Notes: generated by a model from the letters alone, not told the origin. A stretch of DNA of 64,000 nt from Candidatus Yanofskybacteria bacterium RIFCSPHIGHO2_01_FULL_44_24 (GCA_001794215.1 MGJK01000012.1:80818-144817), one strand, 5' to 3'; positions 48,628 through 59,356 are shown, counted from the stretch's first letter. Made by a program: numbers and translations.

Positions 48628-50643
48628 TTATATTGAATCATTCTTTATCTTCCGTATCTGTTCCCGCAGAACCATCGCCCGGTCATAGTCGAATTTGCGG
48701 GCGGCCTTTTCCATCATTTTAGTCAGCTGCATGACTGCCCGTCTTTTGCTTGAATCGCCGAATATTATTATTTCATTTTCTTGTTCTTCCCGTCCGTATC
48801 TCCTGGATTTCGTAATGCCGTTATTGGATACGGGCATATCAAAACTGCCTATGTCTTTCTTGATAGACTGCGGAATGATGCCGAATTTTTTGTTGTGTTC
48901 TTCCTGTTTCTTTCGGCGCCTTAAGGTTTCTTTGACGGCCGAATCGATCGATCCGGTTATCTTGTCGGCATACATAACCACATGGCCGTTAAGGTGCCGG
49001 GCCGCTCTCCCCATTGTTTGGATGAGGGTGGTCGTATTTCGCAGGAAGCCCTCTTTGTCTGCATCTAAAATAGCGATCAAAGATACTTCAGGCAGGTCAA
49101 GGCCTTCGCGTAATAAATTGACGCCTACTATAACGTCATGATGGCCCATCCGGAAATCTTTAAGAATCTTAATCCGGTCGAGCGTCTTTATTTCTGAATG
49201 AAGATAGTTCACCTTAATTCCGTTATCGGCCAAGTGTTCAGAAAGATCCTCGGCCATTCTCTTGGTCAGGGTTGTAACGATTACCCGTTCTTTTTTGGCG
49301 ATTCTTTCCTCGATTCTTTTTATTAGGTCGTCTATCTGGTTTTCGGTCGGATGCAGTTCTATCGTCGGATCAAGCAATCCGGTCGGGCGTATCAATTGTT
49401 CGGCTATACTATTTTTGCCGGCTTTTTCAATTTCATATTTTCCGGGCGTGGCGGAAACATAAACCATTTTTTGGATTCTCTTTTGAAACTCGGGAAATCT
49501 TAACGGCCTGTTATCTATAGCCGAAGGAAGCCGGAAGCCGTATTCGACCAGGGTGCTTTTTCTGGAAAAATCGCCGGTATACATGCTTCGAAGCTGGGGC
49601 AGAGAAATGTGGGATTCATCGATAATAGTAAGAAATTCTCCTTTCGAGATGAAGAAGTCGAGCAGGGTATAGGGCGGTTCGCCCGGTTTTCGAAAATCAA
49701 GGTGCCGGGAATAGTTCTCGATGCCGTGGCAGTATCCGGTTTGGCGCATCATCTCAATGTCTTGAAGCGTTTTTTCTTGGAGCCGAGCCGCTTCGCTGAA
49801 TTTTTTTTGTTTTTTGAGAACTTTAACATGCCGCTGCAGCTCGCTCTTTATATTTTCTATAGCCACGCCTATTTTATCATCCGAAGTTATCCAGTATTTG
49901 GCAGGCAGGACAGTAGTCTCAACTATCCGTTCAAAACGGGGATCTTTGGTATTAAGTTCATCGGGGTCGGAAATGACGGCCTTGGTTATTTTGACTATTT
50001 TGTCATCTACGAATGCAATTTTTAAAATATTCTGGCCGTCGGGTCCCATGATCTCAATTTCATTGCTCGTTTTCCTGAAGCAACCTCTTTTTAATTCTAT
50101 GTCCGGAGCGTACTGTAACCTTGAAAGGCTTCGGATTAGGTCGCCCGGTTTTATTTTCTGTTTTTCGAAAATATGGAGACCCATGCTCTTGTATTCTTCC
50201 GGAGATCCTAAGTTGTAGATGCACGAAACCGAAGCTACGATGATTACATCATCGCGCGACATCAGGGCCTGGGTCGTGGCGTGTCTTAAGCGATCGAGTT
50301 CCTCGTTTATCTTAGAGTCCTTTTCTATGTACGTATCAGTGTGGGGGATATATGCTTCCGGCTGGTAGTAATCGTAATAGCTGACGAAGTAATGGACGGC
50401 GTTTTTAGGGAAAAATTGCTTAAATTCTTTATACAGCTGGGCGGCCAGGGTTTTATTGTGAGAAATGATCAAAGTCGGTTTTTGGTAAGCCTCAATTACT
50501 TTGGCCATAGTGAAGGTTTTTCCGGAACCGGTTACGCCCAAAAGCACCTGGTGTTTTTTACCGGATTTCAGTCCTCGGGTCAGCTTTTCTATCGCCTCAG
50601 GTTGATCGCCCGTGGGCTTATATTTTGATGTTAGTTTAAACAT
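48628..50643 (-). CDS. uvrB: Excinuclease ABC subunit B
   Basis: GDQP, GVTGSGKT, YYDYYQPEAY, DESH, NLLREGLDLPEVSL. Confidence 0.99.
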   Translation of the reverse strand: MFKLTSKYKPTGDQPEAIEKLTRGLKSGKKHQVLLGVTGSGKTFTMAKVIEAYQKPTLIISHNKTLAAQLYKEFKQFFPKNAVHYFVSYYDYYQPEAYIPHTDTYIEKDSKINEELDRLRHATTQALMSRDDVIIVASVSCIYNLGSPEEYKSMGLHIFEKQKIKPGDLIRSLSRLQYAPDIELKRGCFRKTSNEIEIMGPDGQNILKIAFVDDKIVKITKAVISDPDELNTKDPRFERIVETTVLPAKYWITSDDKIGVAIENIKSELQRHVKVLKKQKKFSEAARLQEKTLQDIEMMRQTGYCHGIENYSRHLDFRKPGEPPYTLLDFFISKGEFLTIIDESHISLPQLRSMYTGDFSRKSTLVEYGFRLPSAIDNRPLRFPEFQKRIQKMVYVSATPGKYEIEKAGKNSIAEQLIRPTGLLDPTIELHPTENQIDDLIKRIEERIAKKERVIVTTLTKRMAEDLSEHLADNGIKVNYLHSEIKTLDRIKILKDFRMGHHDVIVGVNLLREGLDLPEVSLIAILDADKEGFLRNTTTLIQTMGRAARHLNGHVVMYADKITGSIDSAVKETLRRRKKQEEHNKKFGIIPQSIKKDIGSFDMPVSNNGITKSRRYGREEQENEIIIFGDSSKRRAVMQLTKMMEKAARKFDYDRAMVLREQIRKIKNDSI

Positions 50644-50713
50644 TATATTTGACTAATTGGTTGGCTACTGTTACTATATTTTAACCATACTTCGATTGAT
50701 AAAAGGGCGACGG

Positions 50714-50878
50714 ATGAGAATAGTTCAGAACCAGTTCTTCCGTATTTTCTTTAGCGTTTTATCCGGTCTGTTCGTTAGATATTTTTTGGGATTTGGTTGG
50801 GGTCTGGTGGCTGCGTTAATAGTCGTTATGTTTCTCAACGTCCTTGCCGGGATTGACCGGGCTCGAGGCCGCTCTTAG
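50714..50878 (+). CDS. Small two-TM protein
   Basis: Hydrophobic ORF with promoter and terminator. Confidence 0.5.
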   Translation: MRIVQNQFFRIFFSVLSGLFVRYFLGFGWGLVAALIVVMFLNVLAGIDRARGRS

Positions 50879-51015
50879 CGGCCTTTTTTATTTCTTTTTT
50901 CAGTGGTAAGCTTAGATAGAAGTACCCGCCTATGCCCTTCAGGCTTCGGCGAGGTGCTGAATTTTCTAACAACTCGGCTTCGCAAGCATTCGCTTGCCTC
51001 GTTGAGGAAATTCGC

Positions 51016-51630
51016 ATGATCTCATTCCTCGAAGGAACAATTGAACATTTGGGCGAAAAACATGCAATTTTGAATGCCGGCGGCATAGGCTATAAGGTGA
51101 CTATGGTCCCTAAATTGATTAATATTCTATCAAAGTCAACATCCTCTGTCAAGGATCAGAAGGGCGGTTCTTCGGATAGGGTGAGGTTATTCGTGCATTC
51201 CCAGCTAAATCTTCGCGAAGGTACATTTGATATGTATGGGTTTGATAAGAGAGAGGATCTTGAATTGTTCAATCTGCTGACCTCCGTATCGGGCATAGGA
51301 CCCAAGGGGGCAATGAATGTTCTGTCGGTAGTGGATCCGAAGCACCTAAAAGCCGCCGTGGTTAACGAAGATGCCGATTATCTTAAAAAAGTTTCCGGTT
51401 TAGGACCCAAAACTGCATCAAGGCTGATTCTTGAACTGAAAAATAAATTGGATCATATCGATATGGGAGATTTGGCCGGAGTCGATTTGGGCCAGGAGGG
51501 CCAGGCCATCGAGGCGTTGATGGCCTTGGGCTACAGCCAGTATCAGGCCAAAGAAACTCTTAAAGAGACTAAAGGAAAAACTCTCGAGGAGAGAGTTCGT
51601 GAAGCACTCAAAAGTTTAGGGAAAAAGTAG
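51016..51630 (+). CDS. ruvA: Holliday junction branch migration protein RuvA
   Basis: MISFLEG, GIGYKV, VSGIGPK, ALMALGY. Confidence 0.97.
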   Translation: MISFLEGTIEHLGEKHAILNAGGIGYKVTMVPKLINILSKSTSSVKDQKGGSSDRVRLFVHSQLNLREGTFDMYGFDKREDLELFNLLTSVSGIGPKGAMNVLSVVDPKHLKAAVVNEDADYLKKVSGLGPKTASRLILELKNKLDHIDMGDLAGVDLGQEGQAIEALMALGYSQYQAKETLKETKGKTLEERVREALKSLGKK

Positions 51631-51632
51631 GC

Positions 51633-51940
51633 GCTCGGCTTTCAATCTACTAACGGCACGCCATAAAATGTTACTCGGGTTTAACCAATGAAGGGCACGA
51701 TGTAAATTCCTGCCTGCCGGCAGGCAGGTCTACTGAAATTTCATCTTTTACTCGCTCCAGTCGAGCTCCGTAAATCCCTTCATTGGCTAAACCCTCGCCC
51801 TGAGCTTGGTCAGCCTGCACAAATCCCTTAAGAGATTAAAAGCCTCGCTTGAAAAGCTCGGGGTCTCAAATGCTTCAGATGGACAAGGGGCTTCACCTTA
51901 GTTTTTTCGTAAATCCCTTCATGGGTTAAGGATTCGCTTG
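51633..51940 (+). repeat. Nested modular intergenic repeat, copy 4, carrying the 20-bp palindrome at 51709-51728
   Basis: agggcacgatgtaaa, cgtaaatccctt, ggggtctcaaatgc. Confidence 0.88.
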
Positions 51941-52068
51941 ATGCTTGAACAAACAACCTGCGCAAAGATATTGTGGCTCTGGTTTTCGAACGGCCCTGAT
52001 GGGTCTTGACAAAAATTTTGGTTAGGTGTATTGTATCGTAAATCCATGAAGCAACGGTAGGTGGTAAG

Positions 52069-52356
52069 ATGCCTGGGAAAATTCTGTGTGTCCTAGGTTT
52101 TCATAAGTTTGGCAAGGTGGAAGAGAGCTATTTCAAAGATACCGGTAAATATGGAGGCCCTTGGGGCAACGATGGCGTTTGGATTGTCCAGAAAGGCGTG
52201 AAGAGATGTACGAGAGAAGGCTGTAATTATGATAAGCTGGTTTGGCGTCAGGGGTGGCATAATCTCCCTAATCCTGAATTCGGGCGTTGGCGCCGATTAA
52301 GCCAGAAAAGAGAATCTTCTATTGATGCTTTGCCGGACTTTTATCTGATGGGTTGA
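52069..52356 (+). CDS. Small hypothetical protein with a Cys/His motif
   Basis: LCVLGFHKF...CTREGC; own promoter and terminator. Confidence 0.65.
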   Translation: MPGKILCVLGFHKFGKVEESYFKDTGKYGGPWGNDGVWIVQKGVKRCTREGCNYDKLVWRQGWHNLPNPEFGRWRRLSQKRESSIDALPDFYLMG

Positions 52357-52449
52357 TAGGGTCCTTCGGGACCTTTTTGTTTTGGATTGACCTGTTCCGT
52401 TTAAAGTACTAATAATATAAGAGGCCGATCCTTAAAAGGAGAGTTTTGC

Positions 52450-52773
52450 TTGGAAGAGGCGGCGGTTTATGCGTCTTTGACGTTCATGATCTTGGCCGGG
52501 ATTTTTTTCTTTAAATCCATGATATGCGCCCTCAGGGCATCTAAGGTTTCTTTTCCAAGCCGTGATCATGCCTGGTCCAGCATGTTTATGAGTCTCGGGT
52601 TGTTGTCTTTATACTCTTCAGGCATGGTCCTGTCTCTGTTCTACGGAGATCCGATTTGGTCAAAGCTAAGATGGACCATGTTTTTCTTCCTGATACTGGC
52701 TACGTTGTTTTACTTGGCTTTCAGGTTTACTCATGCCAAGTTAAGAGAAGACGAAGAAGATAAACAGGACTAA
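52450..52773 (+). CDS. Three-TM membrane protein
   Basis: AAGGAG RBS, TTG start. Confidence 0.6.
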   Translation: MEEAAVYASLTFMILAGIFFFKSMICALRASKVSFPSRDHAWSSMFMSLGLLSLYSSGMVLSLFYGDPIWSKLRWTMFFFLILATLFYLAFRFTHAKLREDEEDKQD

Positions 52774-54194
52774 GAAGATTTTTTAGTAAGCAGAGAACCG
52801 TATATGGTGTCTTCGATTTCATAGCCCAGATTTTGTATCTGGGTTCTTATTTTGTCTGATTCTTTAAAATTCTTTTCTTCGCGGAATTTTTCGCGTTTTT
52901 CGACTAAAACTTCTATTGCGGGAGGGATTTCATCCTGAGTGTCCGGAACAATTCCGAGTATTGAGTTAATGTAGCTAAGCATCTGCGACGCTTCTTCTGC
53001 CCCTTTTTGTCCTATTGAATCGCTGGTCAGATCGGTGTTCATTCTTTTTATGAATTCAAATATAGCACCAAAGGCCTTGGGAGTATTAAAATCATCGGTC
53101 AAAGCTTCATCGAAGGCTTCTCTAAGGGCATAAGCAACGATTCCGTCGTTTTTGTTCCTTTCAATGTTCTCAAGTTTTTTTGTCAGCTCTTTTATTCTTT
53201 GAATACCTGCCCGCGCCTGTTTGAGCGCTTTATCGCTGAATTCAAGAGGCTGGCGGTAATGACCGCTCAAAAGATAAAATCGCAGAACCTCTTTCGGGTA
53301 TTGTTTCAACAATTCGTGAACTGTCGTGAAGTTACCCTTGGATTTAGACATTTTCTCCTCTTTGTTTATCAGAAATGCCACGTGCATCCAGTATTTAACA
53401 AAAGGTTTTTTGCCCGAGGCTGATTCTTGCTGGGTGATCTCGGCTTCATGGTGAGGGAATATCAAATCTTGTCCGCCGCCGTGGATATCATACTGCGGAC
53501 CGAAATAGTGCTCAGTGATGGCCGTATCCTCTATGTGCCAACCCGGCCGTCCCCAACCCAACGGTGTGGCCCAGGCAGGCTCACCGTCAGCAATTTCCAA
53601 TTTCCAATTTCCAATTTCCAATTCTTTACCAACTTTTACTAATTTCCAAAGGCAGAAGTCGCCCTTATTTCTTTTTTTGTCATTTTCATCTATCCGGCTG
53701 ACTGCATCGTCGGCCATCTGGGCTTTTCGTCCAGATAATTTCCCATAATCTTTGAATGTAGAAAGATCGAAATACCATCCGTCGCCTTCGATCAAGTAAG
53801 CATGTTTCCGGTCGATTAATGCTTTGACCTGTTTAACGACTTGCCCGATATGCTCCGTCGCCGGAACGTATTTGGGAGAGTCTATTCCGAGAGCCTTCAT
53901 GTCTTCTTCGAATTTTTGGCGGTATTCTTTTGCCCACATTAGAGGGTCTTTTTTATTTTCCTTGGCTCGCTGGATGATCTTGTCGTCTATATCTGTAATA
54001 TTCTGTATGTAATCAACTTGATAGCCTCGATATTTTAGATATTTGGCGACAACATCAAAAAAAACAAAAGTCCGGGCATTGCCGATATGAATATAGTCAT
54101 AAACCGTCGGTCCGCAGACAAACATTTGTATTTTTTTATTCTCGCGCGGAACTATTTTTTCTTTAGTTTTAGTAAGGGTGTTGTGGATGATCAT
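52770..54194 (-). CDS. cysS: Cysteinyl-tRNA synthetase
   Basis: CGPTVY, HIGN, GRPGWHIE, KMSKS. Confidence 0.99.
   Translation of the reverse strand: MIIHNTLTKTKEKIVPRENKKIQMFVCGPTVYDYIHIGNARTFVFFDVVAKYLKYRGYQVDYIQNITDIDDKIIQRAKENKKDPLMWAKEYRQKFEEDMKALGIDSPKYVPATEHIGQVVKQVKALIDRKHAYLIEGDGWYFDLSTFKDYGKLSGRKAQMADDAVSRIDENDKKRNKGDFCLWKLVKVGKELEIGNWKLEIADGEPAWATPLGWGRPGWHIEDTAITEHYFGPQYDIHGGGQDLIFPHHEAEITQQESASGKKPFVKYWMHVAFLINKEEKMSKSKGNFTTVHELLKQYPKEVLRFYLLSGHYRQPLEFSDKALKQARAGIQRIKELTKKLENIERNKNDGIVAYALREAFDEALTDDFNTPKAFGAIFEFIKRMNTDLTSDSIGQKGAEEASQMLSYINSILGIVPDTQDEIPPAIEVLVEKREKFREEKNFKESDKIRTQIQNLGYEIEDTIYGSLLTKKSS
53591..53624. repeat. Heptamer tandem repeat (CAATTTC)x4-5, in frame within cysS
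   Basis: Encodes ELEIGNWKLEI between DFCLWK and EPAW. Confidence 0.85.
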
Positions 54195-54199
54195 ATCAA

Positions 54200-55507
54200 T
54201 TAAAACCAGGAGCCGATGAGGGCTCCGGCTTTATCGGCGGGGAATTCGGTTATAAACAATACTACTATCGCCGCTATCATTACCACAAGAGTAGTATAGC
54301 CGAGGATATTTGATGTTCGGCCGTTTACATTGGGGCCGACGATGGCGGGATTATTGGACATATGCAGGATTATGGATATCAGAAATGGAGCAACGATGCC
54401 ATGGATAATGGCCGTAAAGAATAAAGCTTGTATCGGGCTGATACCGGTATAGGTGATCATTAAACCGACAAGGGTTGAGAATATGATTACCATATAAAAA
54501 GCCTTAGCCTTAGAGAAGGGTCGGTCTAATCCGCCCTTCCAGTTGAATATCTCAGCCAAAACATAGGCTGATGATCCGGCTAATATCGGTATGGCAAGGA
54601 GTCCGGCGCCTATTACACCCAGAGAAAATAATATATACGCATAATCGCCGGCCAAGGGGCGTAAAGCTTCGGCTGCGTCTTTGACCGTTTCTATGTTGTG
54701 TATTCCGGCATTAAACAAAACGGAACTGGTGAGGGCGATTATAAAAAAACCGATTAGGTTCGAGAAAAACATTCCAAGCTTAGTATCTTTTGCGGCTCTT
54801 CTCAACTCGCTTCGTGTTACTATTTTGTATTCACAGATATAAGGACCGTCTTCGGACTTGTCTTTTATTCTTTTTTCTTCTGCCTCTTCACTGGCCTGCC
54901 AGAAAGCTAAGTAAGGAGAGATGGTAGTTCCGAACAGCGCTACTACGATAAGAAAGTTGTCTCTATTGATTTGAAACGAAGGAGCGATCATTTGCCAGGC
55001 CAATTTCGGCCATTCTTCGACAACTATGAAACCGGCCGCAATATATGCCAAAAGGGTCATCGAGAGCCACTTGAATATGACGACTATTTTTCTGTAGGGT
55101 AAAACTACGGTCAGGAAAAGAATTGCCACTACTATTATCCACGATAATAGTTGAGCTGACCCCGGCATTAAGAGCTCTATAGCTGAAGCCATACCGAAAA
55201 TATCCGCGCCTATGTTAAAGGTATTAGCCAGTATAATCAGAGAAGATATTAGTATCAGGGTGATCTTGGAATAATGTTTTTTGATGTTTCCGGCCAATCC
55301 GCACTGAGAAGCCAGTCCTATTTTAGCGCTCATCTCTTGCACCACGGTCATCAGGGGCAGGGTATAAAGCATAGACCAAAGGGCGTGAGGCCCCATTTTT
55401 GCTCCTGCAACCGAATAAGTGATGATTCCCGAGGGGTCATCGTCCGAAGCCCCGGTAATTAAGCCGGGCCCAAGCGATTTCCATAGATTTTTTATTTTCT
55501 GCAGCAT
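54200..55507 (-). CDS. NRAMP-family divalent metal transporter
   Basis: GPGLITGASDDDPSGI, GTTISPY. Confidence 0.9.
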   Translation of the reverse strand: MLQKIKNLWKSLGPGLITGASDDDPSGIITYSVAGAKMGPHALWSMLYTLPLMTVVQEMSAKIGLASQCGLAGNIKKHYSKITLILISSLIILANTFNIGADIFGMASAIELLMPGSAQLLSWIIVVAILFLTVVLPYRKIVVIFKWLSMTLLAYIAAGFIVVEEWPKLAWQMIAPSFQINRDNFLIVVALFGTTISPYLAFWQASEEAEEKRIKDKSEDGPYICEYKIVTRSELRRAAKDTKLGMFFSNLIGFFIIALTSSVLFNAGIHNIETVKDAAEALRPLAGDYAYILFSLGVIGAGLLAIPILAGSSAYVLAEIFNWKGGLDRPFSKAKAFYMVIIFSTLVGLMITYTGISPIQALFFTAIIHGIVAPFLISIILHMSNNPAIVGPNVNGRTSNILGYTTLVVMIAAIVVLFITEFPADKAGALIGSWF

Positions 55508-55597
55508 TATTGTGATTATATCATAAATTGAGCAATCGGCTTATCTGGCTGTTTGAATTTTTAGTATTTTATGCTATTATTTTGTTTTCGCATCACT

Positions 55598-56374
55598 ATG
55601 GCTGAAATATCCATCAAGGCGGAACCTATTTTTCATATCGGTTCTTTTGTTTTCACCAATTCCTACCTTTTATCCGTAATCGTGGTAGGAATTTTTGTTT
55701 GTTTATCTTTGTGGTTGAAAGATCATTTGAAAACCATTCCCGGCAAGCTTCAAAGCGTATTCGAGCTTTTAACTGAAGAAATTTTCAAGATGATGGATAC
55801 CGTATTGGGCTCTCGGAGCCTTTCTGAAAAGTATTTCCCGATCGTAACTACGGTTTTCCTTTTTGTATTACTGTCAAACTGGCTGGGCCTCCTCCCCGGA
55901 GCGGGTTCCCTGGGTATTCTGCATGAGATCCAGCATGAGGGAGAGTACCGGACTATCCTGGTGCCTTTTCTGAGGGCTCCTTCAGCCGACTTGAATTTTA
56001 CCGTTGCCCTTGCCCTGGCAGTTATGTTTGCTATTAACTTCTTTGGCTTGACCGCCCTGGGCATCAAGCGCTATGCCGGAAAATTCTTCAACTTTAAAAA
56101 CCCTATTTATACTTTTGTCGGCCTGCTTGAATTAATTTCAGAATTTGTTAAAATAATCTCGTTTTCGTTTCGTTTATTCGGTAATATATTTGCAGGCGAG
56201 GTACTGCTTATCATCATAGGATTCCTTGGCCCTTATTTTTTGCCGCTACCGTTCCTTTTTTTGGAAGTATTTGTAGGGTTTATTCAGGCGTTTATTTTCG
56301 CTATGCTCACGCTGGTATTCATAGGAATGTCCGTGAGTCATCACCCTGACACCCACCAAGCAGATATTTCTTAG
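55598..56374 (+). CDS. atpB: ATP synthase F0 subunit a
   Basis: SNWLGLLP, SFRLFGNIFAGE, FIQAFIF. Confidence 0.98.
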   Translation: MAEISIKAEPIFHIGSFVFTNSYLLSVIVVGIFVCLSLWLKDHLKTIPGKLQSVFELLTEEIFKMMDTVLGSRSLSEKYFPIVTTVFLFVLLSNWLGLLPGAGSLGILHEIQHEGEYRTILVPFLRAPSADLNFTVALALAVMFAINFFGLTALGIKRYAGKFFNFKNPIYTFVGLLELISEFVKIISFSFRLFGNIFAGEVLLIIIGFLGPYFLPLPFLFLEVFVGFIQAFIFAMLTLVFIGMSVSHHPDTHQADIS

Positions 56375-56602
56375 CAGCTGTCGCATAGACGCGAATTTAT
56401 TAAGTTCTTGCCAATAGCCTGATGAGTCCCGTCTGAACGCGGGAATAAAAGAAGCAACTGCTTGGTGGGTGTGAGGGATCGCGAAGAGGTCGAGCAACAT
56501 TAAATAACTAATTTACAATTTACAATTTACAATTTACAAAGAATCTTCAATGACCCAATGAAACATCGAAGTATTTACTGAAAATTGAAAATTAAAAATT
56601 GA

Positions 56603-56845
<243 letters not shown>

Positions 56846-56961
56846 TTGATCTAATTTCTGATTAACCTAAAAAATATCTAATTTCTGAATTTTAGACATG
56901 GGTAGTTGTGAATTATTTAGAGCAATTAGGCTGATCGGATTCATTAGGTCAATTTCCGGTA

Positions 56962-57456
56962 TTGTCCGAACTCTTCTCCCAATTGGGGATAGAATGGAAG
57001 CTCCTCTTGGCTCAGGGGGTGAATTTTTTGATTTTGTTGGTTGTTTTAACCAAGCTTGTTTACAAGCCCTTGATGAGGATGGTGGAGGAGCGGAGGAAGA
57101 AGATAGAGCTTGGAGTTAAGGGAGGCGAGATGGCACAAAAGATCATCGAACGAGCCGAAGAAGAAAAGTCCGGGATAATTAGGGGAGCCGACAGTCGGGC
57201 AGTTGCTATTATTTCCGAAGCCGAGAAGGCAGCTAATAAAAAAGCGCAAGAGATTGCCCTCCAAGCCGATAAAAAAGCCCAGCAGACCCTGCGGGAAGTC
57301 CTCCTTTTGGCTGACAGGAAGCAGAAAGAAGAGATGGAAAAGGTTTCGGCCGAGGCTAAGAAGTTGGTTAAAGAGGCAATTATTAAAACCGTTGAATTAA
57401 AACCCGAACAGATTGATGATAAATTAATTGAGGATGCTATTAAGGGATTAGTGTAG
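56962..57456 (+). CDS. atpF: ATP synthase F0 subunit b
   Basis: LAQGVNFLIL...YKPL...ERRKKI; operon position. Confidence 0.95.
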   Translation: MSELFSQLGIEWKLLLAQGVNFLILLVVLTKLVYKPLMRMVEERRKKIELGVKGGEMAQKIIERAEEEKSGIIRGADSRAVAIISEAEKAANKKAQEIALQADKKAQQTLREVLLLADRKQKEEMEKVSAEAKKLVKEAIIKTVELKPEQIDDKLIEDAIKGLV

Positions 57457-57464
57457 AAAATAAT

Positions 57465-57833
57465 ATGCGCTATCCGTTAAACAATTATGTGGATGCGTTT
57501 ATGGAGGCTTTGGAAAAGGCATCCCAGGAAAAGGCCATCAGCGGTTTCGTCAGACTACTTAAAAAAACTGGCGACATAAAGGCAGCCGACAAAATATTTA
57601 CAGCCATCCATAAGAAAATGATTAATCTCGACGGAGGCAGATGGGTAAAGGTAGAAACGGCCAGAGAGATTTCAGAAAAGAAGCTCGAAGCACTGGAACA
57701 TAAGTTTTCAAAAAAAGATCATGCTGTTTTCAGTATAAATCCTGATTTGGTGGCTGGGCTGAGGGTTACAGTTAACGGGGAAGAGGAGTTGGATAATTCT
57801 CTGCAGAATAAACTAAATAAGTTATTTAAATGA
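57465..57833 (+). CDS. atpH: ATP synthase F1 subunit delta (short)
   Basis: [11 protein letters not shown]...DNSLQNKL; operon position. Confidence 0.9.
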   Translation: MRYPLNNYVDAFMEALEKASQEKAISGFVRLLKKTGDIKAADKIFTAIHKKMINLDGGRWVKVETAREISEKKLEALEHKFSKKDHAVFSINPDLVAGLRVTVNGEEELDNSLQNKLNKLFK

Positions 57834-59356
57834 GCTACGAAATAATAGAAAAACTGAAGAAAGAGATCGCCGGCTATAAAGATGAAACGAAATTTGAAAC
57901 AGTCGGTATCGTTACCGAGGTTGGTGATGGTATCGCCAAAATTTCTGGCTTATCCAAGGCGTTGAGCCAGGAATTATTAACCGTCGAGACTAATAGCGGT
58001 AATGTTTCTTCGATTGCTTTTAACCTTGAAGAGAATTTCGTCGGGGCCGTTATCTTAGGAGACGCCCAGACAGTCAAAGTAGGCGATAGAGTCCATCAGA
58101 CGGGTAAAGTCGTTTCTATTCCCGTAGGAGATGAATTGATCGGCCGAGTCGTTGATCCTTTGGGCAATCCGCTGGACAATAAGGGAGTAATTTTTACTAA
58201 ACCGGAAAAGGCTAAAAATTATCCTCTTGAACGTTCAGCTCCGTCGGTTGTGGCCCGCGAATCGGTAAATACCCCGGTTCATACGGGAATTAAGGCTATT
58301 GACGCCATGATTCCGATCGGCCGAGGCCAACGAGAGCTTATTATCGGGGATAGGCAGACCGGTAAAACCGCTATTGTTTTAGATACAATTTTAAATCAGG
58401 GACAAGATGCCGGCCGTCGACAAATGATTTGTATCTATGTTGCCGTTGGTCAGAAGAATTCCAAAGTTGCCAAAATCGTGAAAACCCTCGAGGAAAAAGG
58501 CGCCCTCAAATACACTATTGTCGTTTCAGCCCCGGCTTCTTCTCCGGCTTCAGTTCAGTATCTTGCTCCTTTCGCCGGGTGTGCAATCGGAGAGTATTTT
58601 ATGGACAACGGACAGGATGCCCTTGTCATATATGATGATTTATCAAAGCACGCCGATTCCTACAGGCAACTGTCTTTGTTGCTGAGGAGGCCGCCGGGCC
58701 GGGAGGCTTATCCGGGAGATGTATTTTATCTTCATGCCCGGTTGCTTGAAAGAGCCGCTAAATTAAATCAAGAACTCGGCGGAGGTTCTCTTACGGCCTT
58801 GCCCATTATCGAGACCCAGCTTGGCGATGTTTCCGCTTATATTCCCACCAATGTTATTTCTATTACCGACGGTCAGATATATCTTGAATCCGACCTTTTC
58901 TACAAGGGGTTGAGGCCGGCGGTTAATGCCGGACTATCCGTCTCCCGTGTCGGATCTTCGGCTCAGACCAAAGCCATGAAAAAGGTTGCCGGTAAGTTAA
59001 GATTAGAGCTTGCTCAGTTCAGAGAATTGCAGGCATTCGTTCAGTTTGCTTCGGACTTGGATGAGAATACGAAAAAGCAGATTGCCCGTGGACAGCGTCT
59101 CACTGAGATCTTAAAGCAGGTTGACAGCGCGCCCATCTCATTTGAGAAAGAGGTCTTAGCTATATATATGGCGACGAATGGATACCTGGATGATGTAAAA
59201 GTTGAAGAGGTTCGGTCGGTTGCCGAAAAAATGATAGATAATCTTGAAAAACTGCACGGAGACATTCTGAAAAAAATCAGAGAGACCAATCAGATGGATG
59301 ATAGTACCGAAACACAGATGAAGTCGGCGTTCGATGAATTGAAAAATGTTGGTTAG
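57830..59356 (+). CDS. atpA: ATP synthase F1 subunit alpha
   Basis: [21 protein letters not shown]. Confidence 0.99.
   Translation: MSYEIIEKLKKEIAGYKDETKFETVGIVTEVGDGIAKISGLSKALSQELLTVETNSGNVSSIAFNLEENFVGAVILGDAQTVKVGDRVHQTGKVVSIPVGDELIGRVVDPLGNPLDNKGVIFTKPEKAKNYPLERSAPSVVARESVNTPVHTGIKAIDAMIPIGRGQRELIIGDRQTGKTAIVLDTILNQGQDAGRRQMICIYVAVGQKNSKVAKIVKTLEEKGALKYTIVVSAPASSPASVQYLAPFAGCAIGEYFMDNGQDALVIYDDLSKHADSYRQLSLLLRRPPGREAYPGDVFYLHARLLERAAKLNQELGGGSLTALPIIETQLGDVSAYIPTNVISITDGQIYLESDLFYKGLRPAVNAGLSVSRVGSSAQTKAMKKVAGKLRLELAQFRELQAFVQFASDLDENTKKQIARGQRLTEILKQVDSAPISFEKEVLAIYMATNGYLDDVKVEEVRSVAEKMIDNLEKLHGDILKKIRETNQMDDSTETQMKSAFDELKNVG

Noticed and set aside
56419-56450. Hammerhead ribozyme (CTGATGA followed by a stem) between atpB and atpE
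   Set aside because: The required GAAA after stem II is absent (ATAAAA), and stems I and III could not be formed convincingly; it resembles the hairpin at 18061-18083
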